Assembly: GCA_049515895.1 (NCBI GenBank)
Contig: JBEKTQ010000003.1
Location: forward strand, 1 to 64,000
Direction of reading: 5' to 3'
DNA length: 64,000 bases
From: Candidatus Bathyarchaeia archaeon
GTDB lineage: Archaea > Thermoproteota > Bathyarchaeia > Bathyarchaeales > Bathycorpusculaceae
The stretch's first letter is position 1. Each line of letters starts with the position of its first letter. This document shows positions 49,323-59,917 of the stretch, piece after piece. The notes below the pieces were generated by a model. That model saw nothing but the letters and a program-made list of their open reading frames with translations, did not search any database and was not told where the DNA came from. Both the position numbers and the translations under genes were made by a program.

Positions 49323-49576
49323 GCGAAAAGACTTAGTTTCTCATGGAAAGGTAATCAAGTAATGATATTTAAAACTGGATGTTACCGAAAAAGAATCTTG
49401 TCTCAAGATAAAAACACTTCTTGCAACTTAATGTGTTTGATATGACTTTGTGGTTCCATGCCTATGACGAATTTAGATCAGGATAAACAAGCGAAAAAGT
49501 TTTTCAGGTCTATTTTGTAGGGTTTGATTAGAAATAGTCTTAAAGTTGTCTTACCGATAGTATTTGCGAAGTTTGT

Positions 49577-50761
49577 ATGCCGACTAATCTGCCGCCTGAA
49601 GCATTAGATAAGTGGGAGGAGGTTGAAGCTGCCCATACTCCACGAGAGAAACTGCAAAAGATGCAGGAGTTCCTCAGCGCTGTCCCCCAACATAAGGGCA
49701 CGATGAAGCTTCGGGGCACTATTAAGAAGAAAATGGCTATTATTCGCGCAGATTTGGAGGATAAGAAACGCAAGGGCACAGGCAAGAGTAGCGGGGGACC
49801 GAAACTTTTTGTTGAAAAAGAAGGTTCAGCGCAGATAGCGTTGATCGGCATGACAAACGTGGGTAAGAGCTGCCTTATGAGCGCCACAACGAATTCAAAA
49901 GTAGTGGTTACTCCGACACCTTTCAGCACTCATGAACCAGTGCCCGGCATAATGAATTTTTTAGATGTCCAGTTCCAAATTGTTGAAGCACCAGCGGTAA
50001 TGGAAGGCAGCGCAGATGGACGCGCTGGGGGCCATGTTACCCTTGGCTTAGCACGGAATGCTGACGGCGTGATTTTGATGGTTGATTTGTCTCGTGACCC
50101 TATCGAGCAGCTGGAGCTGGTTTTAGCTGAGTTAGAGAAAAGCCGCGTACTTGTAAGTAAGCCGAGCGGAAGGGTGGATATTGACCGCCGTCATGCTGGT
50201 GCAGCATTGAGAGTTATTCTTGTCGGTAAGCTTTTGGACTGCAGCATGCAAGATGTCGAGGATTTGCTTCGCAGCTACAAAATAAACGATGCTATAGTAA
50301 GAATCAGTGGAGACGTCCGGCTTGATGACGTAGAGGACGCTATTTTTGAGACGACCACATATAAGCCTGCAGTAATTGTCGCGAACAAGTTGGATTTGAA
50401 GGGTGCAGAAGTGAATCTTCGGCTTTTAAAACAGTATGTAAATGGGCGGTTGCCTGTTGTCGCCATGTCATGTGAGCAAAAGACTGGCATTGACGAATTG
50501 GGGCGGGCGCTTTTAGAAAGTTTAAAGGTTATTCGAGTTTACACCAAGGAGCCTGGCTCTAAAGAGGATACAGGTCACCCGTTTGTTCTCAAGCGTGGAG
50601 CAACAATTAACGACTTGGCGAAGAATATTCACAAGGAGTTTGTTCAGAACTTCATGTTTGCTATGGTGTGGGCTAAACGTTTGCCTTTCAGCCCGAAAAA
50701 AGTCGGCCTTGGTTTCATGTTAGAAGACGGGGACATAGTGGAAATCCACACAAGAATTTAG
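49577..50761 (+). CDS. DRG/OBG-family GTPase with TGS domain
   Basis: GMTNVGKS, PFST, ANKLD, IRVYTK, LEDGDIVEI. Confidence 0.92.
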   Translation: MPTNLPPEALDKWEEVEAAHTPREKLQKMQEFLSAVPQHKGTMKLRGTIKKKMAIIRADLEDKKRKGTGKSSGGPKLFVEKEGSAQIALIGMTNVGKSCLMSATTNSKVVVTPTPFSTHEPVPGIMNFLDVQFQIVEAPAVMEGSADGRAGGHVTLGLARNADGVILMVDLSRDPIEQLELVLAELEKSRVLVSKPSGRVDIDRRHAGAALRVILVGKLLDCSMQDVEDLLRSYKINDAIVRISGDVRLDDVEDAIFETTTYKPAVIVANKLDLKGAEVNLRLLKQYVNGRLPVVAMSCEQKTGIDELGRALLESLKVIRVYTKEPGSKEDTGHPFVLKRGATINDLAKNIHKEFVQNFMFAMVWAKRLPFSPKKVGLGFMLEDGDIVEIHTRI

Positions 50762-50826
50762 GTTAATCAAGAAGAGCCCATTATTTCCCTTATAAGTTTG
50801 AGAAAGTTCGTTTTCAGAAAAAGGGG

Positions 50827-51807
50827 TTATGGTGGAGGCGGTGGAGGGGGCGGCGGAGGTGGAGGTTCAAATTGGCCTTGTTTTCGTCGGCTTCTGAGAA
50901 GCGTTATGGCAATGAGTGCTGCTACCACGATCACTATTGCAGTAATAGCTCCGTAAGTCCATAGGGAGTTCATTGGAGTCGATTTTTGAGTTGTCGTGGA
51001 AGATGAGGGAGGAGGGGTCGGTGTGGGCGTATTTTGGGCTTTAGGCGTAGAGGTGCTAGATGGTCCCGAGTAGGATGCGTATTCGACCAGCAGCGTGTAG
51101 TTTGCTATATGATTTGACATTGTGGCTGTGTTGTCTGTGGGCGTGGCAGTAAATGTTACTGCGTTACCGGGTGAAAGCGAGCCCGACGGATCCAAGAAGT
51201 TAGTGCAATTCATTCCAATGACGGTGCCTGAAGAGTTATAGTACGTAGTCAGAACCCAAACGTCGCCGACTGTTTTGACGCCGCTGTTTTCAACGGTTCC
51301 AGTGACAGTGTATGCACCGCTGTTGAGAAAGTTGTGAACTGATCCAGTGGGGATAGTTAAGCCTGAGTAAGGGGTTTGAGTGGAGTTAAGCTGAGCGCCT
51401 ACCCGAAGGGCGACGCTGGTGACTGTAGGAACCCAATTTTGGCTTAGGCTTGGGCTTTCCTCAGGGTAAAAGTCCATGTAGAATGGTGCCTTCTGACCTG
51501 GAAGCAATTCAGGCACGCCGATAAGAGTAGTGAAGCCTGGGCACACAACATCTCCGCTTGAATTGTAAGCTGCGCCGCTGATTGATACCGTGCCTAGGTT
51601 GGTTGTTCCCGTGTTCTCTACTTCCCCTACCACCACTAAATCACCAGCGTATTGCGCTAGAGTTTGGGTGGTGGCGGGTGAGGTGTACCAACTGTAGCTA
51701 ACAATAGTAGCTTGTGTAGTCTGTGCTTTCACGTGCGGTGCTGACAAAATAGCAAACGCACCTATAATCAAGATAACTAGCAGTAATGCTATCAAAATTC
51801 TCTTCAA
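50827..51807 (-). CDS. Cell-surface protein with tandem FxLYD-like domains and poly-Pro tail
   Basis: VVGEVENTG / VTGTVENSG repeats, S/T/P linker, TM helix, 12 C-terminal prolines. Confidence 0.75.
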   Translation of the reverse strand: MKRILIALLLVILIIGAFAILSAPHVKAQTTQATIVSYSWYTSPATTQTLAQYAGDLVVVGEVENTGTTNLGTVSISGAAYNSSGDVVCPGFTTLIGVPELLPGQKAPFYMDFYPEESPSLSQNWVPTVTSVALRVGAQLNSTQTPYSGLTIPTGSVHNFLNSGAYTVTGTVENSGVKTVGDVWVLTTYYNSSGTVIGMNCTNFLDPSGSLSPGNAVTFTATPTDNTATMSNHIANYTLLVEYASYSGPSSTSTPKAQNTPTPTPPPSSSTTTQKSTPMNSLWTYGAITAIVIVVAALIAITLLRSRRKQGQFEPPPPPPPPPPPP

Positions 51808-52130
51808 TTTATCCCACCCAATTGAATGATTCCTTTAGAACCATCATCTCCGTAAAACAGTTATTAAACTTTTTCAAAATTAACCCCAAATTATACCCTT
51901 CTCTTGAAGAGCAAGGAAATGAGTTTAGAGTCGCCTGCTCGTCAATTGGCCTGCCAACAAAAAACACTATCCAATCACACATCTTCTGCTTCCCAACGGC
52001 GTCGTCTACATTTCAAAGAAGGCGATAGAAGAAAAGAATAACGGCTAAACCAAAACGACTCTTAAGAATCACAGCTTTTGCTAACTAACGAAATAGCAAG
52101 AAAAAGAAAAAATTTAGTAGATTGAAAGTG

Positions 52131-52724
52131 TTATCTGCTTGATTGTGCAACGCGTTCAATTTCGTTGCGTTTTGCTACGCCGGCGCTCTTTATGTCTTTG
52201 TTTGCCGCCAGTATCAGTTCGTCTGCGAGTGTTTCTTGGATGCTCTTAGGGTTGTTTATGCTAGCGGCTCGTGCGCCTTCACTTATGTGTCTTATCGCCA
52301 AATCAATGCGACGCTGTGGCGCAACGTCGACTGACAGGTGGTAGACGACTCCTCCGTAGCTGATGCGCGTGGTATCTTCGCACGGTGAAGCGTTTTCTAC
52401 TGCTTTAACAAGAACTTCAATCGGGTTTTTGCCCGTGCGTACATATATTATTTCGAAGGCTTCTTTGACTATGTTGGTTGCTTTGGCTTTTTTGCCGCTG
52501 TTTTTGCCCGAGCGCATTAAGCTGTTGATTAAGCGTTCGACAATGTTGACTTTAGCCTTGCGGAATCTTTGGTGCTCATGGCGTCCCATGCTATGCGGGG
52601 CTACCATTGGGGTTAGGTTAAGATAACGTTGCAAGCCGATGTCGACTACTGATATGTCTTTAAAACTCCATTTCTGGAAAAGCATGATTTCTTGAGGTTG
52701 AGCTGCGGTTTGTGCCATACGCAT
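52131..52724 (-). CDS. rps7: 30S ribosomal protein uS7
   Basis: VNIVERLIN, NPIEVLVKAVEN, VDVAPQRRIDLA. Confidence 0.97.
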   Translation of the reverse strand: MRMAQTAAQPQEIMLFQKWSFKDISVVDIGLQRYLNLTPMVAPHSMGRHEHQRFRKAKVNIVERLINSLMRSGKNSGKKAKATNIVKEAFEIIYVRTGKNPIEVLVKAVENASPCEDTTRISYGGVVYHLSVDVAPQRRIDLAIRHISEGARAASINNPKSIQETLADELILAANKDIKSAGVAKRNEIERVAQSSR

Positions 52725-53164
52725 TACCTTGCTGGTTTCTGTTTCCGTCCATAGACGAGTTCGTTGAGGCTTACGCCGTTAACCATGACAACCTTCCAGC
52801 GGACACCTGGAATGTCCCCCATTGCGCCGCCTCTTGTTCCGCCGATGCCTTCGACTACGACCTCATCGTGTTCGTCAACGACGTTGAGAGCGCCATCTCC
52901 GGGTAGAAACGCGGTTATTGTTCTGCCGTTCTTGATAAGCTGAGTGCGGACGCATTTGCGAATAGCGCTGTTTGGCTGTTTTGATTCAACACCTACTTTT
53001 TCTAGAACAATGCCCCTAGCTTGGGGTGCACCCTGCATCGGGTCAACTTTTTCGTCGAGCATAAGCATGCGACGGTTAAAATAACGATCATGCCAACGGA
53101 AATTTTTCCGTTTAGCTGCTAGCTGCCTTGCGGCGAATTCGCCTCTTGGTGACTTGGAACCCAT
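52724..53164 (-). CDS. rps12: 30S ribosomal protein uS12
   Basis: [18 protein letters not shown]. Confidence 0.97.
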   Translation of the reverse strand: MGSKSPRGEFAARQLAAKRKNFRWHDRYFNRRMLMLDEKVDPMQGAPQARGIVLEKVGVESKQPNSAIRKCVRTQLIKNGRTITAFLPGDGALNVVDEHDEVVVEGIGGTRGGAMGDIPGVRWKVVMVNGVSLNELVYGRKQKPAR

Positions 53165-53422
53165 ACTTTAGATATTCCTTCTTTTTGCACATGCATAGTC
53201 AAAGTTCAGATATATAAACAAAACGAAGACAAACAGCGAATAGTATAAGAAATGCAACTTAGGCTGGCAACAGAAAACCCTTCTTAGCTAATCAGACGGA
53301 TTCACAAAAGAACAGTTCATTAAGACATATTTCTTGCCCAGCTAGAAAAGCTACATGCTTGCCACTTACATTAGGACGAGAAGAACTTCCTGAACACAAT
53401 AAAAGGCTAATCTATTCGGCTT

Positions 53423-53689
53423 TTAGATTGTTAGAACCAATGGGTATTCTTGTGTCTGTTGTCTTTTGGTGTGGCTGCTTGCATTCTGTTGTTTTATTTT
53501 TGAAGCTTTTAATTGGTATGGGGATAAGTCTGTTTTCTTCTCCCGTATGGCGACGTCTCTTTCGATGGAGCACATCATTTCTTCGTCTTGAGCAATCCCA
53601 AGTCTCTCAAGCGCTTCACAGTGTTCCAGAATATCCTTCAGTTCTGGAACGGTAAAGTTGTTCCAATGAAGGGTCTGTTGAACTTTCAT
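53423..53689 (-). CDS. Small hypothetical protein
   Basis: 88 aa ORF with GAGG SD. Confidence 0.55.
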   Translation of the reverse strand: MKVQQTLHWNNFTVPELKDILEHCEALERLGIAQDEEMMCSIERDVAIREKKTDLSPYQLKASKIKQQNASSHTKRQQTQEYPLVLTI

Positions 53690-53938
53690 TCAAGATTCCT
53701 CGTTCAACTTTCTTTCGGTTATCCTGTATAGGTATTTGCGTTGGTTGCTTAAAAAAATATCTATTTGTCCAAAAAAACGCTATTCTAAGAACAAATTTCC
53801 AAAACACAAAAAATCAAGTTGAATTAACTGCACGTTTGTCCAAATTATAGCAGTAAGCAAAGATACTAAAGACATGTAGAACAACAAAGGCGCTCGCGTT
53901 ACAGATAAATACGTTGACATTCTCACTATTAATTTGGA

Positions 53939-54913
53939 ATGCAAGTTCTCAAACAGCATAAAAGAGCAGGTTTGGCTTCATTATTGTTAGTGGCAGTGCT
54001 GATTGTGTCGCTTTTCATTGTTCAGAACGCTCTCAAACCTTCCTCAACGCCTAAGCCTTCCCCCGCCCCACCGACGATTTCCCCAACACCAACAAGCATA
54101 ACATCTCCTACTCCTACGGCTCTGTTAACGGCAGCGCCTTCATCACTACCAACCATCCCCTCTACGGCCACCCCTCCCTACCTTTTCCCAGGAGAAGTTA
54201 CCCAATATGGGGGCCAAAATTTGACGCCAGTTTACTTTTACCTTACAGACCTCAGTCAGCACCCGGACGTTTCTATCGAGGGAGTGCAGGTCTTAGACCC
54301 GACAACTTACCGTCTAACCATCAATGGACTCGTTAATCAATCAATGGAGTACACATACGACAACATAATCAGCAACTTCACTTCTCACCAAAATGTTGCC
54401 ACACTTCTCTGCGTGGAAGGCTGGAGCGTCACATGTTTATGGCAAGGTGCCCTTGTAAGCGACCTCATTAAAGATGCAGGCGTCAGCCCAAATGCGAACA
54501 CACTCATTTTCAAAGCTTCAGACGGCTACACTACCGCGATTCCCTTGGACTACGCTGTGCAGAACAACTTAATTTTAGCCTACAAAATGAACAACGTAAC
54601 CCTCACGGCAGCCGCAGGATGGCCTCTAATGCTTATACCCTCAAACCAATATGGATACAAGTGGATAAGATGGATAACAGAAATCGATGTGTCAAACGAC
54701 TCAAGCTACCTCGGATACTGGGAAAGCCGTGGCTACCCCAACAACGCGACAATCTCCAACCCCGGCAGCCTAGCGCCCGGTCCTGCCTTGTCAGCCGCTG
54801 AAACGGCGGCGCCTTACGTTGCGGTGATAGCAATGGTTGCAGTAGCTTACTGGATTTTGGTGAGGGTCAAGAGAAAACGCGTAAAAAATGTTGTTAGGAC
54901 GCAGGCTGGCTAA
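53939..54913 (+). CDS. Molybdopterin-dependent oxidoreductase (sulfite oxidase/MsrP-like), membrane anchored
   Basis: CVEGWS, DGYTTAIPL, GWPLML..YGYKWIRWI..GYWESRGY. Confidence 0.88.
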   Translation: MQVLKQHKRAGLASLLLVAVLIVSLFIVQNALKPSSTPKPSPAPPTISPTPTSITSPTPTALLTAAPSSLPTIPSTATPPYLFPGEVTQYGGQNLTPVYFYLTDLSQHPDVSIEGVQVLDPTTYRLTINGLVNQSMEYTYDNIISNFTSHQNVATLLCVEGWSVTCLWQGALVSDLIKDAGVSPNANTLIFKASDGYTTAIPLDYAVQNNLILAYKMNNVTLTAAAGWPLMLIPSNQYGYKWIRWITEIDVSNDSSYLGYWESRGYPNNATISNPGSLAPGPALSAAETAAPYVAVIAMVAVAYWILVRVKRKRVKNVVRTQAG

Positions 54914-54966
54914 AAGCTATAAATGGCTTGCGTCATCTAGTTCTTTTAGGGGAGGGTTCGTTCCTT

Positions 54967-55149
54967 ATGGCTCAGTTTGAAGTGTATAAGGATAACGCTC
55001 GACTGTTCAGGTGGCGGCTGAGGGTAAACGACAATGACATTATCGCGGAAAGCTGCGAGGGCTACCAGAACAGGTCTGGCTGCGAGAACGCGGTTAACCT
55101 GGTTCGTAACGAGGCACCGAGGGCAGGCATAATCTTAAACAACACTTAG
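54967..55149 (+). CDS. DUF1508/YegP-family protein
   Basis: FEVYKD..FRWRL..IIAESCEGY. Confidence 0.85.
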   Translation: MAQFEVYKDNARLFRWRLRVNDNDIIAESCEGYQNRSGCENAVNLVRNEAPRAGIILNNT

Positions 55150-55279
55150 CCGCCAACACAGACATGAGAGCGGCGAAGAAACATCAAAAGGTACGGTCGA
55201 CTTTGTGCCCATTCTTGGATTTTTCACAAAAAAGTTTTAAGTCTAACCCTCGAATAATGCTATGAAGAGGTCGTCGAGC

Positions 55280-55384
55280 ATGGACAAGAAATGCCCAGTT
55301 TGCAAGCGTGTTTACACAACGTTCAATGCAAAAAGTAAGTACTGCAGTGACGCGTGCGCTAAGAAAGCTGGAAAAGCAAAATAA
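55280..55384 (+). CDS. Zn-finger microprotein (not in ORF track)
   Basis: MDKKCPVCKRVYTTFNAKSKYCSDACAKKAGKAK. Confidence 0.55.
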   Translation: MDKKCPVCKRVYTTFNAKSKYCSDACAKKAGKAK

Positions 55385-55485
55385 GTACCTGCGCTGCTAG
55401 CCAGCTGCTCTTTTGTTTATGCCTAAATGATTGGCAAATTAGAAATAATAGTTGTTGCATAGTATATTGCGTTGACTGAAGCTTT

Positions 55486-55680
55486 GTGGGAGGTTTCGAA
55501 TTGGCAGAGAATGTGGAGTATGTGAAGGGTCTTGAGCCTGACAGGTGGCATTGGCAGAAAGACTGCCAGCAGTACCCTCGAGTCGCCATTCGAAAACGGT
55601 TCAGCAGACCAACTTCTGACCTATGCGATGAATGCCAAGACCTAGAAAGACTTGAGATGCGCAAATTAGCGACTGCATAA
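55486..55680 (+). CDS. Small metal-binding protein
   Basis: WHWQKDC..LCDEC. Confidence 0.55.
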   Translation: MGGFELAENVEYVKGLEPDRWHWQKDCQQYPRVAIRKRFSRPTSDLCDECQDLERLEMRKLATA

Positions 55681-56148
55681 ACCAGGCTTAACCCCCTCAA
55701 AACGTTGCAAGTCTAAAACTTAGCCTGCGCTTTACCAGAGCCAAACCCGGAGTTGAGCGAAAACTCAACGGTTATCGTTTTCCTTTAGGACGTTTTTTAG
55801 GTCTGCTTAATCCTTAGACAAAACGATTGCCGGGGTGACACAGGATCAATATTTTCAGGAACAACACAAATTAGGATAGCGTGAATGTCATCAGCAAACT
55901 TCCGCCCGCGTCCTATGCAAAGGTTTTTATGCTAACTCAGTTGATTACCAATTTGGTTGAGGGTGGCCTACTGGTTCACCCCTTCTCTCCTGAAGGTTCC
56001 AGACAGCCCTTAACCAATCCTTCTATAAACGGTAGGACGCTTGGTCAATGAAAGGTTTTTGAACAGTTATCAGCATGCTTTTATTTGACGCGAAAGAACT
56101 ATCCATTAACAAACCCAGAAAACAACAGCCTAAAAGGCGCATGCCAAA

Positions 56149-57681
56149 ATGGTTGAACTTAGAACCCAAGAAAACCAACTTCTATCCGCACTACAGGCAA
56201 TCGGCGGGAAAGCCACAGTGGAGCAGCTAATCGAAAAAACAGGAATGCAAGACGCGGCGGTCATGCGCATCGGTCTGACGCTGCAGGAAAAGAGTCTCAT
56301 TTCCATACATGCGAAACTTCAAAACGTCATCAAATTAACCGCTGAAGGTGAAGGTTACGCCTCAAACGGGCTGCCTGAACGCAGATTGATTCGTGCGGTG
56401 GCGGCGCTTGGTGGGACAGCAGACCTCAAAGCCGCGGCTGAGCAAGCGCGCATCGAATCTCAGTTCATCCAAATCGCGCTTGGCTGGGTAATAAGAAAAA
56501 AATGGGCGCTCTACACTTCAAGTAACAACACATTGCGGGTAAACGAAAGTCTTGTTCATCAAGTTTTTATTTCAGATGGTGCAGATGAGAAGCTCCTCGC
56601 AATTGTGACCGGAAAAGGGCAAGTAGCACTTGAGGAGCTCAAAGACGTTGAGTTAAAGATGGCGGCTGAGCAGCTTAAGAAACGCAAAGTCCTCTCAATT
56701 GACCCTAAAACAAGCCGCACCTTGCAAATTACTGCTGAAGGCAAAGCAGCAGCCACTAAAGCTAAACCTGCTCTCCAAGAAATCACCCAACTGACTCCAG
56801 AACTCATAATCACGGGCAAGTGGCACACATCAAAGCTTCAAAAATATAATATAGCTGCGCCAGTAGCCAAGACATGGCCCGGCAAAAAACATCCGTACCT
56901 TCAGTTCCTCGATGAAGTTCGCGCTAAACTCGTGCAGTTGGGCTTCCAAGAAATGACGGGGACCGCGGTGGAAACTGGATTCTTCAACTTCGATGCCCTC
57001 TACGTACCTCAGGATCACCCGGCAAGGGAAGAAAGCGACATTTATTACGCTAAGGACCCAGCTTTTGGAGACGTGAGCGAGCATGCAGAAGCCGTTGAGC
57101 GTGTGAGGGAGACACATGAGAACGGTTGGACCACGGGTTCCACAGGATGGGGATACAAGTATTCGCTTCTGTCCGCTCAACGATTGATTCTCAGAGGGCA
57201 CGGCACATGCCTAAGCGCCCGAACGCTTGAAGCAAAAAAATATCAAGTTCCCAGTAAACACTTCAGCATTGCACGGGTTTACCGCCCTGAACTCATCGAT
57301 AGAACCCATTTATCCGAGTTCAACCAAGTGGAAGGCATAATCATCGACGAAAACCTAACCCTCAAAGACCTTCTTGGTGTGCTCGGCAAGTTCGCCATAG
57401 AAATTGCGGGAGCCGACAAAGTCCGCTTTAAACCCGACTATTTCCCATTTACTGAACCCAGCGTTGAACTTAGTGCTTACAGGGAAGGCTACGGCTGGGT
57501 TGAATTCGGCGGCAGCGGCATATTTCGCCCAGAAGTCACGTTGCCTCTCGGTGTCAATGAACCCGTAATCGCATGGGGCTTAGGCGTGGATCGACTGTTC
57601 ATGATGCGGGCAGGTCTACAGGATATACGGATGATTTTCAGCCAAGACCTGAATTGGGTAAGACGAAAAGAGGCGACGTAA
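56149..57681 (+). CDS. pheS: Phenylalanyl-tRNA synthetase alpha subunit
   Basis: NFDALYVPQDHPARE, HLSEFNQVEG, YFPFTEPS, WGLGVDRL. Confidence 0.97.
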   Translation: MVELRTQENQLLSALQAIGGKATVEQLIEKTGMQDAAVMRIGLTLQEKSLISIHAKLQNVIKLTAEGEGYASNGLPERRLIRAVAALGGTADLKAAAEQARIESQFIQIALGWVIRKKWALYTSSNNTLRVNESLVHQVFISDGADEKLLAIVTGKGQVALEELKDVELKMAAEQLKKRKVLSIDPKTSRTLQITAEGKAAATKAKPALQEITQLTPELIITGKWHTSKLQKYNIAAPVAKTWPGKKHPYLQFLDEVRAKLVQLGFQEMTGTAVETGFFNFDALYVPQDHPAREESDIYYAKDPAFGDVSEHAEAVERVRETHENGWTTGSTGWGYKYSLLSAQRLILRGHGTCLSARTLEAKKYQVPSKHFSIARVYRPELIDRTHLSEFNQVEGIIIDENLTLKDLLGVLGKFAIEIAGADKVRFKPDYFPFTEPSVELSAYREGYGWVEFGGSGIFRPEVTLPLGVNEPVIAWGLGVDRLFMMRAGLQDIRMIFSQDLNWVRRKEAT

Positions 57682-59382
57682 ATGCCTACAATCGACGTTG
57701 AATACCAAGAACTTGAGCGTCTACTGGGTCTGGATCTACATTGGAAAATAGAGAAGCTAGATGAAATCCTTGCAAACGTAAAAGCTGAAGTGAAACTTTT
57801 CAACGAGCAGGAAGGCATCGTCAGCATCGAAATGAAAGACACTAACCGCCCTGATCTCTGGAGCGCAGAAGGACTAGCAAGAGGCCTAAGATGTTATCTT
57901 GGCTATGAAAAAGGGCCCCGACGCTACGTTGCAGAAAAACCAACTGTAGAAGTGAACGTCGACGCTAAACTCTTCAATATACGTCCATTCATCGCCTGCG
58001 CCGTCGTAAAAGACGTGCAGTTAACTGACCCGGCTATCCGAGGGCTAATGCATCTGCAGGATAAGCTGGACAAAACTTTCGGCAGAAACCGCCAGAAAAC
58101 TTCAATCGGCATCTACAACTTCCACTTGATCACGCCGCCTATTGTGTACAGCGCTGTTAACCCGCGTGACGTCAGTTTTGTTCCTTTAGGATTCAACGAA
58201 AAATTGACTTTGGATGATATTTTGGAGAGGCACCCAAAAGGCGTCGAGTACGGTCACATAGTTAAAAAGAACCCTCTCTACCCGATGCTTTTTGATTCAG
58301 AAGGAAAAATCTTATCTTTCCCGCCAATAATCAACTCGAATGATTTGGGCAAGATTACCGAAGAATCGCGAAATTTGCTAGTTGAAGTCACAGGAACCCT
58401 GAACAAAACCGTCGTCAACACGCTGAATCTGGTGACTTCTGCGTTGATTGACCACGGCGGAAAAGCTTGCCAGGCGACGATTCATTACCAAGATGCCTCA
58501 GGCGATGTGCACATGGATGTTGTTACCCCCGACTTTAGCAGCCGAACCGTGCCGCTAAGCGTGGAGTACACAAACATGTTACTTGGACTGAAACTTTCAG
58601 CAACGCAAATCGGCGAGTTGCTCTTAAAGGCTGGCTTAGGCGTTGGAAAAGTGGACGCTTGCTGCGTGGAGGTTGCGGTTCCGTTCTACCGCGTTGACGT
58701 CATGCACCAGGTGGATTTAATAGAAGACGTCGCAGTCGCTTACGGCTACAACAACATCGAGTGCCTTTGGCGTGAAATGCCGACTACTGGCAAAGCGAAA
58801 CCTGATCAGCAACGCATCAACATCGCGCGCGAACTCATGGTTGGCTTAGGCTACCAAGAAATCTTAACCTACACGTTGACAAACGAAGAAAACATGTTTG
58901 CAAAAATGAACACGAAAGAATCCGAACACGTCAAACTTGCAAACCCGAAAGTCGCAACCATGACTTGCCTACGCAACTGTCTTCTGCCAAGCCTCATGGA
59001 GTTCCTCAGCAACAACCAATCCGTCGAGTTCCCGCAGAAAATATTCGAACAGGGAAAAGTAACGCTGCCGGACGAGACAAGAGAAACCAAGACCAGGGAC
59101 GAGGAATGGGTCTGTGCAGTGACAACACATGCGAACGCCAACTTCACCGAGACAAAGTCGGCTCTGGACTCTCTCTTTAGAAATTTGGGGGTTGAATGGC
59201 AAATAACGGAAACCGCTCACCCAAGCTTCATAGAAGGCAGGGTTGGCAAAGTAATCGTAGGCGACATTGACGTGGGCTTCGTGGGCGAAATCAACCCGTT
59301 GGTACTTGAAGCTTGGAAGCTTGAGAACCCGGTGGCATCCTTCGAGATAGATTTGCAAAAAGTCTATAAAAAGAACAGTTAG
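57682..59382 (+). CDS. pheT: Phenylalanyl-tRNA synthetase beta subunit
   Basis: NRPDLWSAEG, SFPPIINS, RVDVMHQVDLIEDVAVAYGY. Confidence 0.97.
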   Translation: MPTIDVEYQELERLLGLDLHWKIEKLDEILANVKAEVKLFNEQEGIVSIEMKDTNRPDLWSAEGLARGLRCYLGYEKGPRRYVAEKPTVEVNVDAKLFNIRPFIACAVVKDVQLTDPAIRGLMHLQDKLDKTFGRNRQKTSIGIYNFHLITPPIVYSAVNPRDVSFVPLGFNEKLTLDDILERHPKGVEYGHIVKKNPLYPMLFDSEGKILSFPPIINSNDLGKITEESRNLLVEVTGTLNKTVVNTLNLVTSALIDHGGKACQATIHYQDASGDVHMDVVTPDFSSRTVPLSVEYTNMLLGLKLSATQIGELLLKAGLGVGKVDACCVEVAVPFYRVDVMHQVDLIEDVAVAYGYNNIECLWREMPTTGKAKPDQQRINIARELMVGLGYQEILTYTLTNEENMFAKMNTKESEHVKLANPKVATMTCLRNCLLPSLMEFLSNNQSVEFPQKIFEQGKVTLPDETRETKTRDEEWVCAVTTHANANFTETKSALDSLFRNLGVEWQITETAHPSFIEGRVGKVIVGDIDVGFVGEINPLVLEAWKLENPVASFEIDLQKVYKKNS

Positions 59383-59431
59383 AAGAGATATCAAAGAAGG
59401 CGGTTGTGCTACGGTCGAGGGAGGGACTGTA

Positions 59432-59917
59432 CTGAACAGCATTGGAGAAGAAGAACCAAGAATTTGGATTTTTCAAGCTAATCCACTTAGATTTAGATTC
59501 TATGATTCTCTTTGTGATGAGAGTTTGAAGAAGGACACTTGGCTTATAAGTCGTTTTGGCGATGAAATAAAAGTCGGAGACATTGGGTTGATTTGGAAGG
59601 CTCGTTTTGAGAGGGGTATCTACGCCGTAGGAAGGATAATAACAGCTCCTCGAATGATGAAAGAGTTGCCTGAATCGACAAAATATTGGACTTCAGCGTC
59701 TGATAGAGGCAAAGAGGCTATGAGGGTAGTAATAAGTTACCAGTTGAAATTAACTCTTGCAACGGCGCTAACAAGCGATGAGCTAATCAAAATACCAGGT
59801 CTGCAAAATATGACGATACTACGACAATCCCAAGGAACCAACTTTAGAGTCAAACCTTCAGAATGGCAAATAATCAGGGATTTGTTGAAACGAAAATACA
59901 AGTTTGAAATTGTTTAG
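59432..59917 (+). CDS. EVE-domain protein, probable non-canonical start
   Basis: WIFQANP lies in frame upstream of the annotated TTG; IKVGD..GIYAVG..QGTNF. Confidence 0.75.
   Translation: MNSIGEEEPRIWIFQANPLRFRFYDSLCDESLKKDTWLISRFGDEIKVGDIGLIWKARFERGIYAVGRIITAPRMMKELPESTKYWTSASDRGKEAMRVVISYQLKLTLATALTSDELIKIPGLQNMTILRQSQGTNFRVKPSEWQIIRDLLKRKYKFEIV

Noticed and set aside
55880-55896. GCTGATGAC (minus strand) as fluoride riboswitch or hammerhead core
   Set aside because: Required flanking stems and pseudoknot partner not found
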